Positions 45,444-54,173 of a stretch of 64,000 nt of DNA are shown piece after piece. Made by a program: the position numbers and the translations under genes. Below the pieces are notes generated by a model. The model saw only the letters and a list, made by a program, of their open reading frames with translations, was not told the origin of the DNA and searched no databases. Location of the stretch: NCBI GenBank assembly GCA_902618695.1, contig CACNCB010000003.1, positions 17,790 through 81,789 of the forward strand, written 5' to 3'. This DNA is from an uncultured Pelagibacteraceae bacterium. Its GTDB lineage: Bacteria; Pseudomonadota; Alphaproteobacteria; Pelagibacterales; Pelagibacteraceae. Every line of letters starts with the position of its first letter. Position 1 is the stretch's first letter.

Positions 45444-46345
45444 AAAGTGATTTAAAAGAGCTGATTCCAGATTTTAACAATAATTTAAAATTAGATTATG
45501 ATTTAAAAAAAAAAAATTGGTTTAACATAGGAGGTAAAACTAAAGCTTTTTATAAGGCGGGTGATTTAAAAGAATTAATTAAATTTCTTAAAAAAATCCA
45601 AGATAAAGAAAAAATATTTATATTAGGAGCTGGTTCTAATACACTTATATCAGACAACAAATTTGATGGAGTTGTAATAAAACTTACTCAAAATTTTAAC
45701 AATATATCATTACATTCTGAAGAGATCATAGTTGCTGGAAGTGCGGTCATAGATAAATCATTATCTCAATTTGCAATGGAAAATAGCTTAGGCGGTTTTG
45801 AGTTCCTTTCTTGTATACCTGGCACAATAGGTGGTGGCATTAAAATGAATGCAGGTTGTTTTAAAAGGGAGTTCAAAGATATTCTTATTTCTATTCAAGC
45901 AGTGAATAAATCAGGTCAAGTAATTACTATACCTGCAAAAGATATTAATTTTAAATATAGAGACAGTGGATTATCTGAAGATCTTATTTTTTTAAGTGCA
46001 TCATTTAAAGGTTTTAAGAAAGATAAAAATTTAATTAAAAATGAAATAAAGTTTCTTAAAGAAAAAAAAGAGCAAGCACAACCAACTAAAATTAAAACTA
46101 GTGGTAGTACATTTAAAAATCCCATAGAACAAACTAATAAAAAAGTTTGGCAATTAATAAAAGAGTCTGTGCCGTTAGAAAAATCATTTGGAGATGCATC
46201 AATTTCTAAAAAACACTGTAATTTTTTTGTAAATAAAGGTAATGCTAAGTTTGAGGATATGAAAAAATTGATAAATTTTGTGTCTGAAAGTGTATTCAAG
46301 AAAACAGGAATTAAACTAGAAACTGAAATAAAAATATTAGAATAA
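45440..46345 (+). CDS. murB: UDP-N-acetylenolpyruvoylglucosamine reductase
   Basis: GAGSN, IPGTIGG..MNAG, GSTFKNP, KHCNF. Confidence 0.95.
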   Translation: MKSDLKELIPDFNNNLKLDYDLKKKNWFNIGGKTKAFYKAGDLKELIKFLKKIQDKEKIFILGAGSNTLISDNKFDGVVIKLTQNFNNISLHSEEIIVAGSAVIDKSLSQFAMENSLGGFEFLSCIPGTIGGGIKMNAGCFKREFKDILISIQAVNKSGQVITIPAKDINFKYRDSGLSEDLIFLSASFKGFKKDKNLIKNEIKFLKEKKEQAQPTKIKTSGSTFKNPIEQTNKKVWQLIKESVPLEKSFGDASISKKHCNFFVNKGNAKFEDMKKLINFVSESVFKKTGIKLETEIKILE

Positions 46346-46346
46346 G

Positions 46347-47258
46347 TTGAAAAAAATACTAATAATATCAGGGGGGGTATCGAAAGAGAGACTAATTAGT
46401 CTTGATACAGGGCAACAGGTTGCTAATGAGCTAAAAAAAAATGGTTATAGAGTTAAAATCATTGAACCGGATAATAATTTAGAAAAAAATATTAAATTTT
46501 TTAGACCAAATGTAATTTTTAATGCCCTGCATGGCCAATTCGGTGAAGATGGTTATATTCAAACTATTCTAGAGAGGTTTAAAATTCCTTATACTCATTC
46601 AGGTGTAATTGCATCGTCTATTGCAATGGATAAAGAAATTTCAAAAAAAATATTCATTAAAAATAAAATAAATACACCAAAATTTTTTACACATTCTTAC
46701 GATGTTAAAAATGAAGATTTAATAAAAAAAATAAAAAAAGAATTAAAATTTCCAGTAGTTGTAAAGCCTTTAAATGAAGGTTCTAGTGTTAACGTATATA
46801 TTTGTAATGAAAAAAATATAATTAAAATTATTAATTCAATCAAAAAATATAAAAAAGTTATGATTGAAGAATTTATTGGTGGAAGGGAAATACAAGTTGC
46901 AATAATGGGAAATAAAAAACTAGGAGCAATAGAACTAAAACCAAAGAGAAAATTTTATGATTATAAAGCAAAATATAATTCTAGCGCGAAAACTGAACAT
47001 ATAATTCCAGTTGATTTACCCAAAGCTAAAATGGATATGGTCATGAATATGGCGTATAAAGCTCATAAATTGATTGGTTGTCGGGGCGTCACAAGATCTG
47101 ATTTTAAATTTTTTAATGATAAATTTTATCTTTTAGAAATAAATACTCAACCAGGTATGACTAAACTTTCACTTGTACCTGAAATTGCAGAATATAGGAG
47201 TATTAGTTTTTTAGAGTTAATCGAGTGGATAATGCAAGATGCATCAAAGAAAAAGTAG
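46347..47258 (+). CDS. ddl: D-alanine--D-alanine ligase
   Basis: LHGQFGEDG, EGSS, FYDYKAKY, LEINTQPG. Confidence 0.96.
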   Translation: MKKILIISGGVSKERLISLDTGQQVANELKKNGYRVKIIEPDNNLEKNIKFFRPNVIFNALHGQFGEDGYIQTILERFKIPYTHSGVIASSIAMDKEISKKIFIKNKINTPKFFTHSYDVKNEDLIKKIKKELKFPVVVKPLNEGSSVNVYICNEKNIIKIINSIKKYKKVMIEEFIGGREIQVAIMGNKKLGAIELKPKRKFYDYKAKYNSSAKTEHIIPVDLPKAKMDMVMNMAYKAHKLIGCRGVTRSDFKFFNDKFYLLEINTQPGMTKLSLVPEIAEYRSISFLELIEWIMQDASKKK

Positions 47259-47910
47259 GAAGTTATTAATTTATTTTTTTTTGTTAATAATAATAAGTTC
47301 AACTAATAACATTTCTTTAAAAAATTTAGAATTTAAAAAAGTTAAAGATATTGAAGTTTCAGGACTAGGTGAAATGGAAAATAAACTCATAATTGATAAA
47401 ATAAAAAATCTTAACTTAAGTAATATTTTTTTTATTAATAAATCAGAGATCAATAATTTAATAAGTTCAAATCCACTAATTGAAAAATATCAAATTTTTA
47501 AAAGTTATCCATCAGCTATAAAAATTATGATTAAAAAAACAAAATTTTTAGCTAAAATAAATCACAATAATGAAATATTTGTAATTGGTTCAAATGGCAA
47601 ATTAATACCCAATAATTTCCAAACATCTGATTTGCCATATATTTTCGGCAAACCAGAAACTCAAGAGTTTTTGAAATTTAAACAAGTAATAGACCAATCT
47701 AAATTTTCATTTGATGAAATTGAGAGTTTGTATTTTTTTCCATCTAAAAGATGGGACATTAAACTAAAAAATAACATTTTATTAAAATTATCTAATACTT
47801 CAACCATGGACTCTTTAAATTATGCTTATGAATTTTTAGAGGATAACAATGTTAGAAAATTTACCACAATTGATATTAGAATAAACAATCAAATTATATT
47901 AAATGAATGA
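47239..47910 (+). CDS. ftsQ: cell division protein FtsQ/DivIB (divergent, short)
   Basis: N-terminal TM, POTRA-like IEVSG...YPSAIKI, RWDI, C-terminal IDIR; follows ddl. Confidence 0.8.
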   Translation: MHQRKSRKLLIYFFLLIIISSTNNISLKNLEFKKVKDIEVSGLGEMENKLIIDKIKNLNLSNIFFINKSEINNLISSNPLIEKYQIFKSYPSAIKIMIKKTKFLAKINHNNEIFVIGSNGKLIPNNFQTSDLPYIFGKPETQEFLKFKQVIDQSKFSFDEIESLYFFPSKRWDIKLKNNILLKLSNTSTMDSLNYAYEFLEDNNVRKFTTIDIRINNQIILNE

Positions 47911-48604
47911 AATTTCTGAGTTTGAAACTTATTTAAGCATTTCTCAAAGTAAATTTGGAATTTATTTGTATGATACAAAAAATAGAAATAACTTTTATGA
48001 TAAAGAGGTAACTTTTGAAAAAACAAATTTTATTAATTACTCTCATCTAAAGCAATTTCTTGATGATAATGTTTTTAGAATAGAAAAATTAGCAGGAAAA
48101 TTTATTGAGAATATTTATATACTTATTGATGATGAAAATATTTTAAATACCCAAATAGGGATTAAACAAAAAAATTATCAACCTTCGAAAAGCAAAGTTT
48201 ATCTTCAAAGTTCTATAACTAACGCAAAAGATTTGTTTAAAGAAAATTATCCTGATGAAAAAATTATGCATATCATAATAAATAAATATTTAATTGATGG
48301 TAAAAACTATTTTTATCTAAAAGATAATCTACAGTACGAGCAGTTAAATTTAGTCATTCAATTCAAATCTATATCAAATGAAATTACATATAATTTAAAT
48401 AAAATATTACAAAATTATCAAATAAATATTATTAAGTTTTTAGATGGAAATTATGTTAAAAATTTTTTTAAAGATAAAGACATTAAAGTATCAAAAATGG
48501 CTTTTGAGATTTTAAATGGTTGTAATGTGAATGAAGTCTTGGTTCTACAAAAAAATACAAAAAAATTAGGTTTTTTTGAAAAATTTTTTCAACTATTTAG
48601 TTAG
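47903..48604 (+). CDS. truncated, divergent FtsA-like protein
   Basis: Occupies the ftsA position; IEKLAGKFIENIYI and KIMHIIINKYLIDG resemble FtsA subdomains 1A/1C; C-terminal amphipathic GFFEKFFQLFS. Confidence 0.6.
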   Translation: MNEISEFETYLSISQSKFGIYLYDTKNRNNFYDKEVTFEKTNFINYSHLKQFLDDNVFRIEKLAGKFIENIYILIDDENILNTQIGIKQKNYQPSKSKVYLQSSITNAKDLFKENYPDEKIMHIIINKYLIDGKNYFYLKDNLQYEQLNLVIQFKSISNEITYNLNKILQNYQINIIKFLDGNYVKNFFKDKDIKVSKMAFEILNGCNVNEVLVLQKNTKKLGFFEKFFQLFS

Positions 48605-48670
48605 TTTTTTGTATTTTCTTGAAATAATTGTTGTTTTTAGAAAGATCAAATCTTTTGGTATTTCTTGTGA

Positions 48671-49585
48671 ATGCTTAATCAAAAAACTATACAAAGTCCC
48701 ATCAATATAACTGGTATCGGACTTCATAGTGGTAAGCAGGTTTCTTTAAAAATTTTACCCTCAGAGCCAAATACTGGAATTTTATTTAAAAGAGTAGATC
48801 TAAAAGAAAACAATATAATTATTCCAAATGCATACAATGTATCAAGTACAAATTTATGCACCACTATATCTAATGGATATGGTGTTAAGGTATCAACTAT
48901 TGAACATTTAATGGCAGCTTTGTTTGTTCTTGGTATAGATAATTTGATTATTGAAATAGATAATTTAGAAGTTCCTATCTTAGATGGGTCTTCAAAAGAA
49001 TTTGTTAAAGAAATTAAAACTGTAGGCATCAAAGATCAAAAAATTCCTCTTAAAATTATTTCTATTAATAAAAAAATTACATATTCAGAAGGCAAAAAGT
49101 TTATTTCAATAGAGCCAAGTAACACTAACTTGTTAATTGATTTTGAAATAAAGTATGAAAATAGTTTAATTGGTGTTCAAAGAAATCAAATTGATGTTTA
49201 TAATTCTGATTTATCAGAAATTTTAGAATCCAGAACCTTTTGTTTATTTGAAGATGTAGAAAAACTAAAAAAAATGGGATTGGCGCTTGGTGGAAGTCTT
49301 GATAATGCAATTGTTGTAAAGAATAATAATGTATTAAATAAAAATGGCTTAAGAAATGAAAAAGAATTTGTAAATCATAAAATTTTAGATTGTATAGGTG
49401 ATCTTTATTTATCTGGTTATAAGGTAATTGGAAAAATTAAATGTTCTCAAGGAGGTCATAGTCTAACTAATAACCTCTTAAGAAAGGTTTACTCAAATAA
49501 GGAAAATTTCTCATTGCATCAAATAAACGAAAAAATACTGTCAAACACTTTAATAAATAAAGTGTTATTAAGATCAATTGCATAA
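48671..49585 (+). CDS. lpxC: UDP-3-O-acyl-GlcNAc deacetylase
   Basis: GIGLHSG, TIEHLMAAL, PILDGSS, SRTF, HKILD. Confidence 0.96.
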   Translation: MLNQKTIQSPINITGIGLHSGKQVSLKILPSEPNTGILFKRVDLKENNIIIPNAYNVSSTNLCTTISNGYGVKVSTIEHLMAALFVLGIDNLIIEIDNLEVPILDGSSKEFVKEIKTVGIKDQKIPLKIISINKKITYSEGKKFISIEPSNTNLLIDFEIKYENSLIGVQRNQIDVYNSDLSEILESRTFCLFEDVEKLKKMGLALGGSLDNAIVVKNNNVLNKNGLRNEKEFVNHKILDCIGDLYLSGYKVIGKIKCSQGGHSLTNNLLRKVYSNKENFSLHQINEKILSNTLINKVLLRSIA

Positions 49586-49624
49586 AACTTTAGAAAATTT
49601 ATAATTCTGTTAAATAAATACAGA

Positions 49625-50464
49625 ATGAAAAATTTATTAATATTTCCAATAATATTATTTTTAATTTTAAATAGTTGTACAAAAAATAATAAAACTATTT
49701 CCACTCAATCAAAAATTGTTAATGATGAAATTGAGTCTCAGATGATCAAATCATACGAAGAAGGATTAAATGAATTTAATAAAAAATTTTATCTCGAGGC
49801 TGCTAAAAAGTTTAATGAGGCTGAAATTTTATTTCCCCAATCAGAATGGGCTCCAAAAGCATCCCTTATGGCAGCATATTCATATTTCTCTGATGGTTAT
49901 AATAATGATGCAATAAGAGAATTAGAGAGTTATCTTAAAAAATATCCAAACGACAAAAGAATAGTTTATGCTCACTACCTTATGGCAATGGCTTATTACA
50001 ATAATATAGTTGATGAAAAAAAAGATCTTCAACCACTCTTAAACTCAAAAAAAAAATTTGAGTTTATTTTAAAAAATTTTCCTAATACTGATTTTGCATT
50101 AGACTCGAAATTTAAATTAGATCTTATAAATGAAATGATCGCTTCAAAAGAAATGTTTATTGCAAGACATTATATTAAAAAACAAAAATGGATACCTGCA
50201 ATAAATAGGTTAAAATTTGTTGTGCAAGAATATGATAATACAATATTTGTTGAAGAAGCTTTACATAGATTAGTTGAAATTTACTATAAAATTGGTTTAG
50301 AGAACGAGTCAAAAAAGTACGCAGTTTTGTTGGGATACAATTATCCTGACGGTGAATGGTACGAAACTTCTTTTAAAATTTATAACAAAAATTATAAGTT
50401 AAAAAAATATAAGAATTCAAACAAATCAAGTGTATTTGATAAATTTAAATCTCTTATTAATTGA
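49625..50464 (+). CDS. bamD: outer membrane protein assembly lipoprotein
   Basis: Lipobox LNSC, TPR repeats, FP.T.FA.D, KEM.IAR.Y, AINR, EALHRLVE. Confidence 0.92.
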   Translation: MKNLLIFPIILFLILNSCTKNNKTISTQSKIVNDEIESQMIKSYEEGLNEFNKKFYLEAAKKFNEAEILFPQSEWAPKASLMAAYSYFSDGYNNDAIRELESYLKKYPNDKRIVYAHYLMAMAYYNNIVDEKKDLQPLLNSKKKFEFILKNFPNTDFALDSKFKLDLINEMIASKEMFIARHYIKKQKWIPAINRLKFVVQEYDNTIFVEEALHRLVEIYYKIGLENESKKYAVLLGYNYPDGEWYETSFKIYNKNYKLKKYKNSNKSSVFDKFKSLIN

Positions 50465-50465
50465 G

Positions 50466-52496
50466 ATGGAAAAAAATAATATTCAAAATATTTACGAAAA
50501 AAAAATAAAACTTTATCAAAAATATAACAAGTTTTATTACGAAAACAACAAGCCAAAAGTACCGGACTCAGAATATGATAAATTAAAAAAGGAAATTTTA
50601 AACATAGAGACAAATTATAAAGTTATTTTATCAAAATTATCTCCTTCAAAATCAGTTGGCTTTAAACCGTCAAAAAATTTTAAAAAATCATTACACAAAG
50701 TGCCAATGTTGTCTTTAGGGAATGCATTTAATGAGGAGGATTTAATTAGTTTTGAAAAAAAAATTATTAATTATTTATCAATGTCAAAAAATTTTAAAAT
50801 TAATTATAGTGCAGAACCCAAAATTGATGGAATATCTGCTTCCTTAACATTTAAAAAAGGTAAATTTTACAAAGGTCTTTCTAGAGGTGATGGAAAGGAG
50901 GGCGAGGATATAACCGAAAACCTTGCAACAATAAATGACATACCAAAGTATATATCATCAAAAGATTTCCCTGAAGAAATCGATATTAGAGGAGAAGTTT
51001 TTATTCAAAATAATGATTTTGAAAATTTGAAAGAAAAATTTGCTAATCCTAGAAATGCTGCATCAGGATCTTTAAGACAAAAAAATCCAGAAGATACAAA
51101 AAAAATACCACTGAAGTTTATTGCATACACGTTTGGGTATGAAAAAGGTCTAGAGGTAAATAATCAATATGATTTTATTAAGAAATTAAGTGAGTGGGGA
51201 TTTAAAACCAATCCATTAAATAAATTGATTTCTGGAATAAAAAATTTAATTAAAAACTATCATGAGATAGAAAAAAAAAGAACTAACCTAGAATTTGATA
51301 TAGATGGAATAGTTTATAAGGTTAATGATTTTTCACTTCAAAAAAGATTGGGTAATGTAGCCAATGCTCCAAGATGGGCAATAGCTCATAAGTTTTCATC
51401 TAATAAAGCAATTTCTAAAATATTGGATATTGAAATACAAGTTGGTAGAACTGGAGCGTTAACACCGGTAGCAAAAATTAAACCAATAAATATTGGTGGA
51501 GTTGTTGTCTCGAATGCAACACTTCATAATGAAGACGAGATAAATAGAAAAGATATAAGAATTGGTGATACAGCTGTTATAGAAAGAGCAGGTGATGTAA
51601 TACCTCACATACTTTCAATTGACTCAAAAAAAAGACCAAAAGAAAGTAAAAAATTTTTATTTCCAACAAAATGTCCTTCTTGTGGATCAGAAACAGTTAA
51701 AGAATTTAATATTTTAACAAAAAAAACTGATGCTGTTAGAAGGTGTTCTAGCGAAGGTTATTATTGTGAAAAAATTTCAATCGAAAAATTAAAACATTTC
51801 GTTTCAAAAGAAGCATTTAATATAGATGGTTTAGGAAAAAAAATAGTTGAAAATTTTTGGAAATTAAAATTAATTAAATATCCTCAAGATATTTTTAATT
51901 TAGATTTTTCAAAAATTGAAAATTTAGAAGGTTGGGGAAAACTTTCTGTTCAAAATTTAAAGTATTCAATCGAACAAAAAAAAAATATTTCTTTAGAAAG
52001 ATTTATATATTCTCTAGGTATAAGACATATAGGTTTAGAAAATGCGAAATTATTGTCTAAACATTTTGTATCATTCTCAAAATTTAAAAATTTATCTAAA
52101 CAAATTGATTATGAAGATATGCTAAATATTGATGGAATTGGTGAAACACAAGTCAGTTCAATTAAGAGTTTTTTTTTAAATATGGATAACAAAAAAGTTA
52201 TAAATGCATTGGGAAATGTTTTGTTAATTAAAGATGCTGTTCAAAATTCAGACGATGGTTTATTAAAAAATAAGACTTTTTTAGTTACTGGTAAATTAAA
52301 TGTAATTAGTAGAGCAGAAGTTAAATCTATGATAGAGGAAAATTCTGGAAAAACAATTAGCAGTGTATCAAAAAAACTAAATTTCTTAATTGTTGGCGAA
52401 AAACCAACTAAAAAAAAAGTAGATTATGCCAAACAGTTAAAAATAAAAATAATTGACCAAGCTGAGTTTTTGAAAATGCTAAATAAAACTAGCTAG
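50466..52496 (+). CDS. ligA: NAD-dependent DNA ligase
   Basis: PMLSL, EPKIDG, ANPRNAASGSLRQ, RAGDVIP, Zn finger, BRCT. Start moved to ATG 50466 (track start 50430). Confidence 0.97.
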   Translation: MEKNNIQNIYEKKIKLYQKYNKFYYENNKPKVPDSEYDKLKKEILNIETNYKVILSKLSPSKSVGFKPSKNFKKSLHKVPMLSLGNAFNEEDLISFEKKIINYLSMSKNFKINYSAEPKIDGISASLTFKKGKFYKGLSRGDGKEGEDITENLATINDIPKYISSKDFPEEIDIRGEVFIQNNDFENLKEKFANPRNAASGSLRQKNPEDTKKIPLKFIAYTFGYEKGLEVNNQYDFIKKLSEWGFKTNPLNKLISGIKNLIKNYHEIEKKRTNLEFDIDGIVYKVNDFSLQKRLGNVANAPRWAIAHKFSSNKAISKILDIEIQVGRTGALTPVAKIKPINIGGVVVSNATLHNEDEINRKDIRIGDTAVIERAGDVIPHILSIDSKKRPKESKKFLFPTKCPSCGSETVKEFNILTKKTDAVRRCSSEGYYCEKISIEKLKHFVSKEAFNIDGLGKKIVENFWKLKLIKYPQDIFNLDFSKIENLEGWGKLSVQNLKYSIEQKKNISLERFIYSLGIRHIGLENAKLLSKHFVSFSKFKNLSKQIDYEDMLNIDGIGETQVSSIKSFFLNMDNKKVINALGNVLLIKDAVQNSDDGLLKNKTFLVTGKLNVISRAEVKSMIEENSGKTISSVSKKLNFLIVGEKPTKKKVDYAKQLKIKIIDQAEFLKMLNKTS

Positions 52497-54173
52497 CCAT
52501 CTTCTCTCATTTGGGCTTAAATATTTTGATATCTTTGAATAAACTTCTAAATGATAATTAAACAAGTAGTTTTTCTCATCAATTGTTAATAAATTAAAAT
52601 TTATCAAATCTTTCTCTATAGGTGCCATTGTTAAATTTTGGAATGACAAATTTTTTTTTGTTTTTTTAACATAAACTAAATTTTCAATCCTAATTCCATA
52701 TTCATTGGTTTTATAATATCCAGGTTCATTACTTAAGATCATACCTTCTCTTATTTTTACTGTATTTATTTTTGTAATAGATTGAGGTCCTTCATGAACA
52801 TTAAGAAAAAAACCAACACCGTGCCCCGTACCATGCGCATAATCTAGGTTACTTTTATTTAAAAATTTTCTTGCTCTTTTGTCAATTTTTTTGCCCGTGT
52901 CATTTTTATTAATATCAGTTGTAGCAACAGCAATGTGACCTTTTAATACTTTTGTGAAAATATTTTTGATACTATGTTTCTGTTTAGAAAAACATATTGT
53001 CCTTGTAACATCAGTTGTTCCGTATTTATATTGACCACCTGAGTCACATAGCAAAATATCATTTCTATTAATAGTTCTACATTTTTCTTTTTTTGCATGA
53101 TAATGTACAATAGCACCATTTTTACCTGAGCCTGCTATTGTATCGAAACTAGGATAGAGAAAGTTTTTATTTAATTTTCTAAAATTTTCTAATTTCTTAG
53201 CTGCTTGTACCTCTGTAATTTTTTTTTTATTAATTTTTTTTATCCAAAATAAAAATTTAGTTAATGCTACTCCATCTAAGATATGAGCATTAATCATATT
53301 TTTAATCTCTGTTTTATTTTTTATTGCTTTTAAAAGATAAATTGGATCTTCTCTTTTTATGATCTTAAATTTAGATTTAATTAAATTTTCATAAAATATT
53401 GAACAAGATTTATCATCTACAATAAAGTTTTCCCCTTTAAGATGTAGTATTTTACTTGGTAAAGTATTTATATCTAAAAATTCGTCTTTCTTAATAATTT
53501 TATTTTTTAATAATTGCTTACACTTTTTAAGATTACTTATAAATAGTATTTTCTTTGATTTACTTACTATCAATCTTGAATTGGGAATTGGACTGTTGGG
53601 ACCATCTCCACCTCGTACATTTAAAGTCCACGCAACATTTTCTGGTGCACTAATAAAAATATAATCAGATTTATTTTTTTTTAAGTGTTTAGTTATTTTA
53701 TTTAATTTAGAATTAGTACTTTCACCAACAATATTTTTATCTAAAGAAAAAAATGGTATAGAAGTATGTTCTTTCTGTTTTTTAATTTCATCAATTAGAT
53801 TTTTTTCAACATATTTGATTTTATTGTGTTTTAAAAAATAATTTTTAATTTGAGTATTAGTAAACAACTTTGGATCTATACCTAGTGTAAGATTTTTAAA
53901 CAAACTACAATTTATTAATTTTTCAAATCCATAAATTTTAAAATTTTTTCCGCTCTCAATTTTACTTTGAATTGTATATCTTCCATCTGTAAACAAATAA
54001 TTCTTATTTTTAAGAATTATGGCTAAACCAGCAGATCCACTAAAGTTTGAGATAACTTGTAAACGATTTAATTTTGAATATTCTGTAAAATAATCGTCAT
54101 TTTTTGGAATTACATACCCATCAATTTCATATTTCTTAAATTTACTTTTTAATTTTTTTAAGCAATTTTTCAT
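52479..54173 (-). CDS. Xaa-Pro aminopeptidase (M24B)
   Basis: DGRY, DSGGQY..GTTDVTRT, HGTGHGVG, HEGP, NEPGYY, RIEN. Confidence 0.92.
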   Translation of the reverse strand: MKNCLKKLKSKFKKYEIDGYVIPKNDDYFTEYSKLNRLQVISNFSGSAGLAIILKNKNYLFTDGRYTIQSKIESGKNFKIYGFEKLINCSLFKNLTLGIDPKLFTNTQIKNYFLKHNKIKYVEKNLIDEIKKQKEHTSIPFFSLDKNIVGESTNSKLNKITKHLKKNKSDYIFISAPENVAWTLNVRGGDGPNSPIPNSRLIVSKSKKILFISNLKKCKQLLKNKIIKKDEFLDINTLPSKILHLKGENFIVDDKSCSIFYENLIKSKFKIIKREDPIYLLKAIKNKTEIKNMINAHILDGVALTKFLFWIKKINKKKITEVQAAKKLENFRKLNKNFLYPSFDTIAGSGKNGAIVHYHAKKEKCRTINRNDILLCDSGGQYKYGTTDVTRTICFSKQKHSIKNIFTKVLKGHIAVATTDINKNDTGKKIDKRARKFLNKSNLDYAHGTGHGVGFFLNVHEGPQSITKINTVKIREGMILSNEPGYYKTNEYGIRIENLVYVKKTKKNLSFQNLTMAPIEKDLINFNLLTIDEKNYLFNYHLEVYSKISKYLSPNERRWLASFI

